In this document: piece by piece, positions 49,544-63,439 of the stretch
How positions within the stretch are numbered: the first letter of the stretch is position 1
How the letters are laid out: each line of letters begins with the position of its first letter
Source: Octopus bimaculoides
Taxonomy: Eukaryota
Length of the DNA: 64,000 bases
Reading direction: 5' to 3'
Assembly: GCF_001194135.2 (NCBI RefSeq)
Contig: NC_068984.1
Coordinates: 5,488,693-5,552,692, forward strand
Made by a program: the position numbers and the translations under genes
The notes under the pieces: generated by a model
Database searches by the model: none
What the model was told of the DNA's origin: nothing
What the model saw: only the letters and a program-made list of their open reading frames with translations

Positions 49544-50499
49544 NNNNNNNNNNNNNNNNNNNNNNNNNNNNNNNNNNNNNNNNNNNNNNNNNNNNNNNNN
49601 NNNNNNNNNNNNNNNNNNNNNNNNNNNNNNNNNNNNNNNNNNNNNNNNNNNNNNNNNNNNNNNNNNNNNNNNNNNNNNNNNNNNNNNNNNNNNNNNNNNN
49701 NNNNNNNNNNNNNNNNNNNNNNNNNNNNNNNNNNNNNNNNNNNNNNNNNNNNNNNNNNNNNNNNNNNNNNNNNNNNNNNNNNNNNNNNNNNNNNNNNNNN
49801 NNNNNNNNNNNNNNNNNNNNNNNNNNNNNNNNNNNNNNNNNNNNNNNNNNNNNNNNNNNNNNNNNNNNNNNNNNNNNNNNNNNNNNNNNNNNNNNNNNNN
49901 NNNNNNNNNNNNNNNNNNNNNNNNNNNNNNNNNNNNNNNNNNNNNNNNNNNNNNNNNNNNNNNNNNNNNNNNNNNNNNNNNNNNNNNNNNNNNNNNNNNN
50001 NNNNNNNNNNNNNNNNNNNNNNNNNNNNNNNNNNNNNNNNNNNNNNNNNNNNNNNNNNNNNNNNNNNNNNNNNNNNNNNNNNNNNNNNNNNNNNNNNNNN
50101 NNNNNNNNNNNNNNNNNNNNNNNNNNNNNNNNNNNNNNNNNNNNNNNNNNNNNNNNNNNNNNNNNNNNNNNNNNNNNNNNNNNNNNNNNNNNNNNNNNNN
50201 NNNNNNNNNNNNNNNNNNNNNNNNNNNNNNNNNNNNNNNNNNNNNNNNNNNNNNNNNNNNNNNNNNNNNNNNNNNNNNNNNNNNNNNNNNNNNNNNNNNN
50301 NNNNNNNNNNNNNNNNNNNNNNNNNNNNNNNNNNNNNNNNNNNNNNNNNNNNNNNNNNNNNNNNNNNNNNNNNNNNNNNNNNNNNNNNNNNNNNNNNNNN
50401 NNNNNNNNNNNNNNNNNNNNNNNNNNNNNNNNNNNNNNNNNNNNNNNNNNNNNNNNNNNNNNNNNNNNNNNNNNNNNNNNNNNNNNNNNNNNNNNNNNN
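49544..50499. other. Assembly gap (N run)
   Basis: Ns after a (CT)n/(AT)n/(GT)n tract. Confidence 0.99.
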
Positions 50500-50773
50500 T
50501 TTAGAGACACTTTCAAATTTATCAGAATATTTGGGCTGAAGATTGGAATAGTGAAGTTTTCGTTCGCTTAACCATGAAACGATTCGTACCCAATTAACTA
50601 AAGGCTTGTTTTGTTTGTGCTTTTCCCTCCGGTTTTTTGTTCTATGTGTGCCATAAATATCGCCATCCGTTTTAGAGAAAAATTTGTAGTTTAGAATTAG
50701 TAGTTCTTTGACTGCTGTTTCTGAATTTTCAGTATGTTGGAGAAGCAACTCAATTGCTAATCCCTTATATTTA

Positions 50774-50810
<37 letters not shown>

Positions 50811-51339
50811 CACATATGTGTATATACCTAGATATATGTATATTTGTATATATATATATATATGTATATGTCTCTCTTTCTTTTTTTACGATTCTCTCAA
50901 CTCCCTGCCTCTCCCCCTCTCGTGTACAAATTGATGAAAACTAATAGAATTACGTATATTTTTTTCTCTGTATATTATCATCTTTACTTTTAGTAGAATG
51001 AGACATTTCAAAGTAAATAGACTAATAAGAATATAAATGATCATACACATACATACATACATACATACATACAATATATATATTTATTTATTGTGTGTGT
51101 GTGAGCGCGCGTGTATATATAAGTACTTTCTAAGAAAATTGGAAAAAGTGTATGCGTGCTTATGTATGTATGTACGTATGTACATACATATGTATGCATA
51201 TACATTTTCCTTAATTTTCTTCGGAATCTAACATCTCAATAACTGTCAAATACTCGTGGGTTGATTTCTTTTTGTCTTTTTTAATGCTTGTCATTTATTT
51301 ATTATCCTTGTTATTTTCTTTTTTCTTCGCTTTTCCATC

Positions 51340-51432
51340 AGCTTCTTCTTTTACTGCTGTCACCGTCACCTACAACAACACCACCGCTGTCATCATCGTC
51401 ATCATCATCAACACCGTCGTTGTTGTCGACGC

Positions 51433-51471
<39 letters not shown>

Positions 51472-51530
51472 TATCCTCGTTGTGCTTTATGACCGTCATC
51501 ATTAACTTAAATAAGACCGATATTTGCATT
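51340..51530. repeat. (CAT)n-rich trinucleotide repeat
   Basis: Directly visible. Confidence 0.9.
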
Positions 51531-51884
51531 CATTGTCGCCACATCGCTACTACGCCACCCCCGCCACACCATCATTATCCTGATAGTTATCATCATTATA
51601 TGTCTCTCGTGCAACTGCTCACAACTCCTCATAACTCGGCTGCTATTATTGGGTTTTAGTAGATTCTCGCACCTGTGGTTGAGTGCCGCTGCGCCACATT
51701 GGCGTCACCATTCCTGTCCACATCCCTCACTGACTCATTTCCTGCCTCGAATTGTGGTGCAAAACGCAACCGTAAAGCCGCATTCATCTACTTGGAACCG
51801 AATATTGTGCGCCTTTCTGGTTTCGGTAAATAGATGCATCAAAAATCTTTCGTTCGTTTCTGTTTCCCTACATAACCCAAGATA

Positions 51885-52188
51885 GGCGCAGGAGTGGCTG
51901 TATGATAAAGCAGCTTGCTTTTCAACCACATGGTTCCGGGTTCAGTCTCACTGTGTGGCACCTTATATATATATATTTGTAAGTGTCTGTGTCTGTCCCC
52001 TACCTCCTTCGCTTGACAACCGCAGTTGGTGTGTTTACAGTCCGGTAATCTAGCGGTTCGGCGAAAGATACCGACAGAATATGTTCTAGGTTTACAAAAA
52101 ATTAGTCCCGGCGTCGATTTGTTCGACTTAAGGCAGTGCTCCATCATGGCCGCAGTCAAATGACTAAAACAAGTAAAAGAATAAAAGA
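51885..52188 (+). mobile_element. SINE family A, both ends present, internal deletion
   Basis: ggcgcaggagtggctg head, gggttcagtc B-box variant, tail aagtaaaagaataaaaga. Confidence 0.9.
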
Positions 52189-52274
52189 AAAACTATCTTG
52201 GTTGTAGTAACGCAGTCATCGTGTTTCTCATTTTTCCATCAACCCTATGAACGTTATTAGTAGAAAGAGCGAGT

Positions 52275-52482
52275 TAAGCCGGTGAGTTGGCAGGACCGGT
52301 AACACGCCGCACAAATCGCCTAGCGGCATTCCGTTCTAAGTTCAATTGCCTGCAATGTCGACTTTACCTTTCATCCTTTCGGAGTTGATAAAATAAGCAC
52401 CAGATAAACATTGGGGTAGATGTAATCGACGTAGCCCTTCCCTAAAATTGAAGGCCTTGTGGTAAAATTTGAAACCATTATT
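52275..52482 (+). mobile_element. SINE family B, degraded
   Basis: gagttggcagga..gtaacacgccg...gtcgactttacctttcatcctttcgg. Confidence 0.75.
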
Positions 52483-53504
52483 AAAAGAATAGCGATTGAA
52501 AGAAATAGAGTATGAGTTGATCTAGTTCAAGAGTTTGACGAAAAGATTTGGAAAAACATTGCAAATGCGGTGCAACGTGGAACATGCAGCCTGCATTAAT
52601 AATGCGAAGGCTTGTCTGCTTGATTGGAAAGCAACAAATGGTGCTGGACCCGTAGTTTGGCAACAGATCAAACAATTCGGTGTTCGGCGGTTCGGGTCGG
52701 ATGCATAATATTTCGCTACAAGCAGATGTATGCGGTTTTGAAGTTGTTTTGCCCGACTGTTCGGGGTGGAGTTGTGTTGGAGGTGACTGTGCACTTTAGT
52801 GCCTACATCAATGGTCTACCGTGGGGCTTACTAAGAGATGTGAGGAAGCTGCAAGAGGTTATTAACGGCAGTTGAAATATTAGATGTTGTGAGCGGTTGC
52901 ACGAGAAGAAAATAGCTCGGATAGAATAACATGAAAAAAATATGAAAATTAAACAGAGCATCATGAAAAAAAGACAAAATGTCATTGAAGTAATAATTTT
53001 TAGATGGAGAAAATCAATAGAAAAAACATTTAAACTTTTAGAAAAGAAATTATTTCCAATCTCTGTCATAAAATATATTTTTCTCAGGACATTTTTCAGC
53101 CTACTATTCGTAGGAACGATAGCCTTGATTGAATTGCTTCTTTACATCGTATTAGCGTCTTTAAAGCAAAAGCCTATTTGGCAGTCATTTTGCAACAATT
53201 TTCTTCACATGACCTGACACATAGGGTGAGATCTAAACTTATAACGACTAACAAGGAATCAACTTTCAAACTGAAAACTGCTCAGACGTCAGTTACTGTG
53301 GAGATGTGGATGGTTACGAAACACACTCTTGTACCACTAAAATCCCTGAAATAATCCTATAAATACAGAACACTCCTCAACCGATACAAACAGTATATTT
53401 CCTTTTCTGTTGTATTTTACAATTCGACTACTTGTGGCTATTCTTTTACTCTAACTAGCCCTCCACCGGTTACAACGAGGAGGGTACCGGATGATCTGAT
53501 CAAT

Positions 53505-53742
53505 GGAACAGCCTGCTCGTGAAATTAATGTGCAAGTGGCTGAGCACTCCACAGACACACGTACCGTTGGGGTAGTTCTTAAGTAAATTCAGTGTGACAC
53601 GAAATGTATCAAGGTTGGGCCTTTGTATTACAGGCAAAACTTATTTTTGTCAGCAGAGTGAAGAGCAGAATGCACCACCGGGAGCTGAGCTCACGACCTA
53701 ACAATCGTAAGCTAATTACCTTAACCATTAAGCCACGCGCCT
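53505..53742 (-). mobile_element. SINE family C (head variant 2), degraded
   Basis: aacagcctgctcgtgaaattaatgtgcaagtggctgagcactccacagacac tail. Confidence 0.8.
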
Positions 53743-53918
53743 TTTTTTACTCTTCGTATTCAAGTACAAATTATCTGTAGTTTACTTGTTCCAGTCACTG
53801 GGCTGCAACCATGTTGGGACACCGCCTCCTTGGAGGGGTTAGACGAAGAGAGCGAACCCTGTACTTATTTGTTCAAATCTGGTATTTATTCTATCGATAA
53901 ACTTTTAACGACGACCTA

Positions 53919-55155
53919 TCAGGTCATCCCGTAAGTTGTGTCCGAATTTTGAATAAAAAAAACAAGTGATCAAATATTATATTTAATTGAAATTTAATCA
54001 TCAATGTACTTTCCCTGATTATCTATGACTTCCTTCCGTCTATTTACAAGCTTTTTAATCTTATCAATGTAAAACTCTTTTGGTTTCAAAGCGAAGAACT
54101 CTGAAATGTCACTTTCGACCTTCTCCTGGCTTGCGAAAGTTACGTCCCCCAAACAAATGGTAGTGTGAAGGAGCAAGGTCGGGAGAATAAGGTGGATGAA
54201 GAATTTTTTCCCAACCAAGCTCTTCGATCTTCTGTGATGTGAACCTTGCAGTATGGGGTCGTGCATTGTCTTGATGAAACATCACTCCTTTTCCATTCAC
54301 TAAAGCGGGTCTTTTTTCTTCAAAGCTTGGTTCAAACACTCTAATTGCTGACAGTAGACTTAAGCATTGATTGTTGCATTAGGTGGTAACAATTGAAAGT
54401 GAATTACTCCTTTGCAATCCCACCAAATAGAGAGAAGAAACTTTTTTCCAAGAAGTTCCCTTTTCGGTTGTGGTTGAGCTTTTTCCCTTTTACCAAGCCA
54501 CTTACCATTTTTCGTCACCAGTCACAAGTCTATCCTAAATGGGTGAAAGGAGTTCGCGAGAATGGATAGAAGAGCAGATGTCAACTCGGGATTTGCGGTT
54601 GCTTTCAGACAATTCATGAGTCACCCATTTTCCAAGTTTAGGAATCTTTCCAAGTTGATGAACATGACGATGAACAGTTGTATGGTTTGAACTAAGCTTT
54701 ATTGCCAATTCTTCAACTGATAATGCAAGATTTTTTTCAAGTAATGCCCCAAGGAGCTTATCATCAAACTCAACTGGACGTCCTGTTCGATCTTCATCTT
54801 CAAGGCTGAAATCTCCACTTCTGAATTTTGCAAACCATCTTCTGCAAGTTCTTTCATTCAAGCATTCTTTCCCATAAACTGAGTGTATATTTCGAGTCGC
54901 TTCGGCTGCAGAGTTTCCTTTTTTATACTCACAAAGCATTATGAGCCTCAAATGTTCTTTGGATACTTCCATGTTAGAAAGGGTTTTAATCAAAGAAATT
55001 TTAATTCTATCATTCTGTAAAATAATATTTAATTAGTATAATGTAGAGAAATGCATAAAAATAATTTTAAATTCCATTAGACATTCTAAAATACTATTAA
55101 ATTTCATTCAGTTTTAATAAAGGTAAAATCGGACAGAACTGATGGGATGACCAGA
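53919..55155 (-). mobile_element. Mariner (Mos1-like) transposon, both TIRs present, transposase disrupted
   Basis: TA|TCAGGTCATCCCGTAAGTTGTGTCCGAATTTT and degenerate inverse AAAATCGGACAGAACTGATGGGATGACCAGA; ORF pieces with SGDFSLED, GKWVTHEL, VTGDEKW, HQDNARPH, HPPYSPDLAPS. Confidence 0.95.
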
Positions 55156-55271
55156 CACTTGCATTTTAATAACAGTTGGAGAGAGAGAGAGAGAGAGAGA
55201 GAGACACNNNNNNNNNNGACCAGACACTTGCATTTTAATAACAGTTGGAGAGAGAGAGAGAGAGAGAGAGA

Positions 55272-55308
<37 letters not shown>

Positions 55309-57474
55309 GTTATATATCGTTTGGTTCGATTGTATGATTGTCCTCACCCTATGAGTAAGGTGACCACGAGTTATTGTGGCAAATATGATGTCTAACGTTT
55401 GTGAAGACAGTGAAGGTCTTATTTGTGAGTTTTGCATGATTAGAATGTGTAGCACGAAAAGTGTTTTTGTGTTGACGACGAAACAAGAAAAAGGTCGCCA
55501 TGACTCAGAAGAATGTTGACAGGATTTCTATTCAGTCAAGCTGAGCTTGTATGGTGTCAGGTGTTTCTACTGCATGAGGATAACGATCTGCCTATTGATA
55601 CAGAAGAATAACGATTATAGTCATGACAATGACGATGATGATACAGAAAAGATGAGGAGTGAACAGTCGTATTATCTACACAAGATTATATATTGCTAGG
55701 AGTGACAGCAAACAAATGATTGTTAAGACCATCAGTTGATTTCCTTCATATTTCACTTAGGCCCCTTCCAGCCCCACGCTCAACATTTTCAACATTATAT
55801 CAATAAAAAGGTTTGAAACATTGGCAAAAACAAATATTCCGCTTCATACGGTTTCATACAGGTTAATTTTCGGCCTCAGCAGGATACCTTAGCTTAGTGG
55901 GCTATCCTAACCGAAAAAAAGTGTGTCCGAACCGAAAGGAAAGAGTAAAATTCCGCTCCACTATCTCATTATTTATTATTTTCAGAGAGGAAAATGATGG
56001 AGAGTGTGAAAATAGTGCAACAAATAAGAATGGTAATCATCCATTTTGTCTGTGGATTTCTGGAGGAATTGCTAGTGCCACTGAGGGTTTCCAGGATCTT
56101 GAACACTAGTGGAAGGTTAGATTTTCCTCAGACTGATGACCAACCCAAAATGGTTGCAATAGAATAAATTTCGTTAATGTAACCAAGATCTTAAGAGATG
56201 GTAGTATTCAGTAGGGTGACAAATGGTGTCTCTTACCCAACCACCGGATGATGGTGGTAAACCGGGTGACAGATGATATCTACCCAACTTAGAATAGAAA
56301 CGGTTCTTTCTTCGAAGGCTTTCCTCAGAGTTTCCATCCGCTAAATTTAACTCGGAGGGCTTTGGCCCCCTTCAATTCTGTGACGGAAAATAGTTTCTTC
56401 AGATGACGTTGAGTGGTATCGGACCGAGAATCCCGGAGTTCGAAAGCGATTTACTTTCTCACACAACAATGCTAGCACTTGTTGGCGATATGGTAAGTCA
56501 TGTTCTTGTGTTTGAAGTGTTAGCTAAAGCACGGAACAAAAGCGGGGGGGGGGGGCATGTCAATAAAAAGGGAACAAAGCAAGATAACAATTTATTATTT
56601 AAGAAGGAGACATTCCACAAAAGAATCCATATCCTCTTGACAGTTTACCCAAAATTGAAATCCTTATCATGTATATTCAAACAGGTTTTATTTGATGAAG
56701 AAAATCAATAAAGCTTCTTTTATAAATGCCTGATTTACAAAGTCACATTTTAGAAATGACAACCTCTTTAGAGATTTCAATATGATGCTTCGTTGATCCA
56801 ATAAACATTTTCACATGAAAATGCATCTCAAGATCTCTCTTAAATAAAGGCAACAAAAATGTTTTAACATCTTGTTGGAATCACAGAGTTTTAATTCAAA
56901 AGGTCAGATCAAGAAACCTGATGCATATATGTATATATATACACAAGAAAAGGCATAAATTATTGGATTTACATACCTAATTATTTGTGCATCGCAGACT
57001 TACAACTGTTTCTCATATGCTCTATAGATCCGACGATAGTTCCGTATATTCAGATTCCATGCATCTACTGCGCGGGCTTTGAAAACGATAGTATTTGTTA
57101 ACATCGTTCAATCTTTTCAATCGTTCAGGTTGCCGATTGAGTAAAACCAACTATGAACGCACCTGAAAATATCAGAAACAGCTGTAAGGCAACGATGCAC
57201 AAATACAGTTCATTATTTATTCCATTTCTTATATGTTACTCTGTGTGAAAAATACCATATTAACTGAGAATGTAAGCATGGATTTACGAAGTCGCCTGGT
57301 GATAGACTTCCATACTAACTGAAAGAATATATACTTTCCTGGATCAGAACTCTGTACTTCCACAAGTTCAAAAAGGTTATAAAAGGAATTCTTATGGATG
57401 CAAAGATCAATTACTCATAAATAAAATGATTGCAGAGAATTGCCGGAGCAACAAGAAGCTGATTATAGGAGCAC

Positions 57475-57792
57475 TCCGTCGGTTACGACGACGAAGGTCC
57501 CAACTGATGCGATCAACAGAACAGCCTGCTCGTGAAATAAACGTGCAAGTGACTGAGCAATCCAGAGATACGTGTACCCTTAACGAAGTTCTCAGGGAGA
57601 TTCAACGGGACACAGAATGTGACAAAGATGGTCCTATGGTCCTTTGGAATACAGGTACAACTAATTTTTGCCAGCTGAGTGGACTGGAGCAACGTGAAAT
57701 AAAGTGTCTTGCTCAAGGACACAATGCGTCACCGGAAATCGAACTCACGGCCTTACGATCGTGAGGCGAATGCCCTGACCACTCAGCCAGGC
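57475..57792 (-). mobile_element. SINE family C (head variant 2)
   Basis: Collinear with 14385-14702. Confidence 0.85.
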
Positions 57793-57799
57793 TTAAGTA

Positions 57800-58285
57800 T
57801 TATGACAGAACTGAAGCTGAGTATGGCATGGATAGTCTACAGGAAAGTGTTTGATAGCCTCCCACGTAATCGACTACTCAAGGCCCTTGAGTTATATAAG
57901 ATCTCGCCTGTCGCCTCCAAATTCTTACAAGGTAGCATGGCTAAGTGACATACGTGTCTCCTAAACCATAGTAATGGGATGAGCCAATCTGACAACACCG
58001 ATATCAAACGAGGCATCTTTCAAGGTGACACCCTCGCCTCATTATTCTTTTGCATTGTACTGATCCCACTCTGAAACGAACTGGCTAACACCAGGTATGA
58101 GTTCAAGAAATATAATATTATAGTAAATCATCTGTTTTATATGGACGATTTAAATCTATTTTTTAGAAATGACAAAGAGCTAGTTGGGTTGTTAACTACT
58201 GTTAAAGAGTTCAACAATGGCATCGGGCTGGATTTTGGCCTTGATAAGTGTGCTAAAGCAATTTTTGTAAGAGGCAACCTCGGGT
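57800..58285 (+). pseudogene. R4/Dong-type non-LTR retrotransposon RT fragment
   Basis: LSMAWIVYRKVFDSLP, RGIFQGDTLASLFFC, VNHLFYMDDLNLF, GLDFGLDKCAK. Confidence 0.9.
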
Positions 58286-59246
58286 AAACAAATTGCTTTG
58301 TCTGCCCAATTAACGGGATAGATAGATAGATAGATACTGTTTTAGGTGGTGTACAGAATAGTATATTGGTAAAAATAAGATTTGTCAGAAGAAACGAAAC
58401 AAGTGTCCTTTATTTATATAGACGTATAGTAGTATGTCTTCAAAGTTTTCCCAGAAAAGGAAATGAAATAGAATGAAGTTAAATAAAATATTTTATGTAA
58501 TTACATTTAAGCATTTCTGTAGCGCTAGAGAATGCTTGCACCTTTTATCTTATTTCCTTTCCTTTTCTTGGAAAAAATATGAAGACGTATTAATCGTTAT
58601 AAGATTGATTTTCAAATTAAATGCCCGGTCACGCGATCGAAATTGTAGCAAAACGACTGCCTGACACTGTTTTGGTTTAAAGACGGTAATACGATGTGAG
58701 GAAGTAACTCAATCGACACTATCGTTCAAGACGATTGTCAGCTAAAAATGTCCTGGGAAATAAATCTATAATACCTGCTCAATAAGGTATAAACCTTCCA
58801 TTTCTTAAACATTTTTTTCGCTGAAAGTCTTGACAAAAACCAAGCTGCTTGGTTAAACTCAAAGGTCCGGGGCACTTGTGGTTGACGAGACACATGTCAA
58901 AACACCGGTGTCTCTGAATCCACTGCTTCAATAAGCCGAGTGTATTGAAAACCCAATCGTCATAAAAGATTTGTTTCCATTGAGAAACTCTGCAGCGACT
59001 AATATATTTTGACTAGACGTATGAAGAATCAATATGCAAACGTACAACCTTATTATTATTACCAATATGTATTTGTGTGTGTATATGTTGTCAAAAAGCA
59101 GACATTTCCAGTTGAGTCCTTTGCTGTAGTATAATTGTTTGCATACATCATTTGCATAATTACTCTGCATAGTTGGTCTGAATGCGATGAGAAAATTAGT
59201 TGAAATACGGAAATCGAAAATACTGTTACTGTTTTAAAGACGTTTA

Positions 59247-59284
<38 letters not shown>

Positions 59285-59816
59285 TAGCTGAGTCCATTGT
59301 AAAGGTCTCCCCGCCGCCAAAATTTGGTCGGGAAGGTAAGGTAGTATTTATCTGTCTGGTGGACATGGCGAAAGATTGCGTGGTGAACGAAACTGAAAAG
59401 GCTGAAGACATTTGGTTTCCTCTTTGGATAACCCCTCATCAACAATTTCAGGTTCCGCTTGAAAAGAAAACATAGTAAAGAGGGAAGTGTTGCTGTCCAG
59501 CAAATTTATTGAATGCTGCATAAGAATAACTAGCACGGTCCTTGTAAACGGACGTACTCTAAGCATGTGCTTTTAGATGGGAGGAGAATTAATGGGTGGG
59601 GTGATTGACTCAGTGATCAGAATGGAGTTTCCACGTGTAGCCCTAGGAGGTTATCATTCCCACATACCTTTTATGGAATGCTCATAATCTAAAGTTTTCT
59701 TACTACTTTATTTAGTTTTGTAAGTCTGTGTATGCGTCCTAACACGTCTATGTTTAACCGCTTCGTACCTTTTATGTCGGCCCTCATGATTAATAAAGAA
59801 TTTATCATTATTATTA

Positions 59817-60860
59817 TTCAGTAGTCTTATTTTTATTCCATACTTTCACTGCACTACTGAGTGCAGCTCTGTGTGCCTTCTGTATGTGCTGTGGTTTGAT
59901 CGAATGCTCTTATTTTTCCTGTATTGAAAGTATTTTATGTAGGATGTGTGCAGCGCCTAGTAGTCTTATTTTCTGTATCTTATATATATTCGTATGTCCT
60001 GCCGTATTGATTATGTATTTGTCTGAATGCTTTTTTAATCATATTTAATGCACCTATTACTATAGGGATTTGTTACTGTTTTTAGGCCCTACATTTCGGT
60101 TATCTCCATTTCCAGATCTTTGTACTTTGAGAGTTTCTCTGTTTCTTTTAGAAATACATTGTCATCTGTTGGTATTAATACACCGATTAGAAGGTATTTT
60201 TTTCTTGGTGATCGCTGACAACTATATGCGGTCTATTGATTTGATTTCTCTATTTGTGTGTGTTTGGCATATCCCTGAGTATGGATGCTTTGCCATTTCC
60301 TGACACCTTTTCTGTACATGCCTATAAAATCTTTTTTTCTGTTGTCATTCCATGATGCTGGAATAGCTTCCCAACTCTGTCATGTCTGTGGATATCTTCC
60401 TTCTTAGCCAGGATTGGGTAGCCAGTGATTTATTGTTTCTTCTCCGTCACCACATATTCCCCGGCTGCTTATTGTATTTTTCTTCATTGTGTGTTTCGGA
60501 TGGTTTCTGGTTGCACGGCTTTGATCTGCTGCTGCATTCAAAATTATTTTAGTCTTTGTTTTCAGTCTTGAGCTTCTCAGCCATTGTTGGGTTTTTACTT
60601 TGCTTATTTCTTTTCGGTTTAGTTTATCCCAGTATTTGCCATGCAAGGGCTTTTCTTGCCATCGTTTTATCATATTTATTCCAGCTTTAGTTTAAATTTC
60701 AGTTATTTTACAGCTGTTGTTGTTTTTTCTTTTACTTCATATTTATCAAATACTATAACTTTTTTTTCGCATTTTTCTGCTTCCTTGAAGACAGAAAACA
60801 GTTTTTGTTTTGCTCATGTTTTGTGGTTGTTTGTACCAGTTTCCTTGCTTCTGAGTTAGA
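59817..60860 (-). mobile_element. R4/Dong-type LINE 3' part (zinc-finger region, restriction-like endonuclease, 3' UTR ending in TAA repeats)
   Basis: WQEKPLHGKY, LNAAADQSRATRN, ICGDGEETINH, KETEKLSKYKDLE, IPIVIGAL. Confidence 0.85.
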
Positions 60861-60925
60861 TATTTTTGTACTCTTATTTTATAGTAGTTTTCCATATCAT
60901 TTTTGTTGTTATTGTTTTACTTGTC

Positions 60926-61083
60926 AGAACGTTCGGTCTTGTTTTCTCTAGTAGATTCTGTGAGAGCGGACAGCAGCTTGCTCTCAGAGCTCTCACAAAG
61001 TCTTTTTCTGCATATTATGAGCTTTGATACTTGGTGGTTAATTATCATGGGAGACATTCCACATCCAAGTGCCAATCTCAAAT
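60926..61083 (-). repeat. Unassigned dispersed repeat, homologous to 634-782
   Basis: See the 634-782 feature. Confidence 0.7.
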
Positions 61084-61189
61084 CCTACCTCTCCCTAACA
61101 GAACAATTTTTTTTGGTGGGGTGGGGCTAGAATTGTGCCTAGAATAGAAACAATTATTACCATTATTATTTTTAAGACACCAAGCTAGC

Positions 61190-61540
61190 AGTAGCACGCC
61201 TGACGAAATGCTTAGCGGCATTTCGTCCATTTCTAAACTTAGTTCAAATTACGCCGAGATAAACCTTGCCCTACATCCTGTCGACGTTGAGGAACTTAAC
61301 AATTTATAACTGGGTTCGAAGTAATCATCTAACCACCCATCCACAAAATATCAGGCCTTGTGTCTATAGTAGAAAGGTTCATCCTCTTTACGTTCTGAGT
61401 TCAAATTCCACCGAGGTGGACTTTGCCATTCATCCCTTCGGAGTTGATGAAATAAAGCCAGTTGAAAACTGGGATCCATACAATCGGCTCACAGCCCTCT
61501 CTCTCCACAAAAGAAAAATCCGGCCTTTTGCCTATAGTAG
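61190..61540 (+). mobile_element. Two tandem SINE family B copies
   Basis: gaaatgcttagcggcatttcgtc; gagttcaaattccaccgaggtggactttgcc. Confidence 0.8.
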
Positions 61541-62532
61541 AATGCATTATTATTATCATTATTATTATTGTTGTTGTTGTTTGCGTAGTTGTTCTCATTT
61601 GAAAGAAAATTGAAAAGAAATGATATGAGAGAAGTATTCTAACGAGTGTCATGAAGGGTGGAACAATAACAAAGAATTATACCGTTAACAACAGCAGCAA
61701 CAATAAAGAATATGAAATATAAGAATACAAAGGGAAGAGAGACAATAGCTGCAAGTACAACGGCATAATTCTTGCAAAAGTCACTGAAATAAGAACTTTA
61801 TTAACAACAACAACAATAACACTCAAATTAAAAAAGAATCACTCGACAACAACAGCAGCAGCAATAATAATAATAATAAGAAGAAGAAGAAGAAGAAGAA
61901 GAGAACGAAGTGCAACAACAACAACAACAACAAGTAGTCAGAGTGACAATAGCAACGATATCAACATCAAAAGAGCGAATATAATTAGAATATTGAAGCG
62001 CAAGTTGGGCGGAAGTTAACGTCATCTGTCAAAAGATAAGGTCAATAGTCGGTTTTTTCTTTATTTCAGAACATCTTAGAAATATAAAAATATTCAATGT
62101 TTACAGTATTTCTATAAAAGAAGGATTGTTTCATCTGTGGTAGTTTTCCCGTGGGCATGGTCACAGCTATTGTCTGCTTCCTTAAAGCGGAGCCAAGTTT
62201 TGAAAGAACAATAACCAAACAAATTTGTCCAGAACAGTTTCTAAGGAACAGGAATTTTGAATATCTTGACAGTTGTTCGAAGAAATAGTTTACCATTCTT
62301 CTTATTCTCCGTTTAATCCTCAAGATACGAAATTCAAACACCCAGTTTCCTCCTTTATTGCAAAGAAGGGAACACGATACGAGAGTCGTCACTCGCGAGC
62401 GAGCATGACCTGGAGGCATGTACCACGCTTTCGCTAACTGTCTTACGTGCCTATGTTGTTGTGAACAGATATAAACACCCTTACTAGTCCTTGCATCAAT
62501 AAAACATCAAGGATACGACAAATGAAAAGAGA

Positions 62533-62730
62533 TAATACAGTTCTATATTTGAGAGATGAGGAATTATTTACATTATTTACATTTCACGGATATTTGTCCT
62601 CATCTCGTTTGTTGTTAACACAACATTTCGGCTGATATACCCTCCAGCCTTCATCAAGTGTCTTGGTGAAATTTCGAACCTGGGTACTCATTCCTAAGGT
62701 ATTTTTCGATGCTGTTGTTATTATTATTAT
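62533..62730 (-). mobile_element. tRNA-headed hammerhead element, copy 3 (head missing)
   Basis: Collinear with 33635-33845; HHR at 62617-62662 reads GACAC-UUGAUGA-A-GGCUG..CAGCC-GAAAUGUU-GUGUU. Confidence 0.85.
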
Positions 62731-63439
62731 GGAAAGAGAAAGAAAGGGGTGGGCATTTGTAACTCCAAGGGTCAATAGGGGCTTTTGGCCAAAATGTGTT
62801 GAGAACCTTTGGTTTAAATTGATACAGAGACACGTTTATCTAGGATGGTGGTAGTCCTACAGATACCGTTATCCCTTCACTAAAGATGCAAGGATCATGT
62901 ATTGTACCCTTTAAATGTATTCTGCTCAATGACAGACAACCTGGACTAAATAACGAAAACAACTGTGATTTTGTAGAACTCTGCGTCTATGTTTGTATTT
63001 TCATTGCATTTAAAAGACAAGCGATTGCACACAAGCAGTAATTCTCCAAGAGGTGGAACGCCAATAGATTCAAGGAACAAACTTCAGTTATAGAACTTTC
63101 TAGCAAAAGAAAATGAATAAAACAACGCAGGACCGGAACGAGACATGGTTAAATTTTGTTTTATTTTATTTAATTCAAACATTTTTCTTAACATTTCATC
63201 AAAACGAAACATGGATATTCTAGCTTGGAGAATTTCGGAAATCCCAGCAGAGAAAACTCCAGCTTGGAATAAAAGAGGAAAACCTTAACAAACACTAACG
63301 CAGCACTTTTGGGGTGTTGGTGGGACAATGTTTCAGATGGTTATATATATTAGAAAATAACTTATCGCAATACCATGTCTTGAAGAAGAAATATGAAAGT
63401 CTAAAACTTGGCATGATCGTGAGTGCGTCGGATCAAATG

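Noticed and set aside
55148-55275. Exact tandem duplication of about 55 bp around a 10-N gap
   Set aside because: Typical scaffolding overlap artefact
57800-60860. RT (plus) and RLE (minus) pieces as a single 5'-inverted R4 insertion
   Set aside because: The RT piece lies on the 3' side of the other copy, the wrong geometry for twin priming; treated as two insertions
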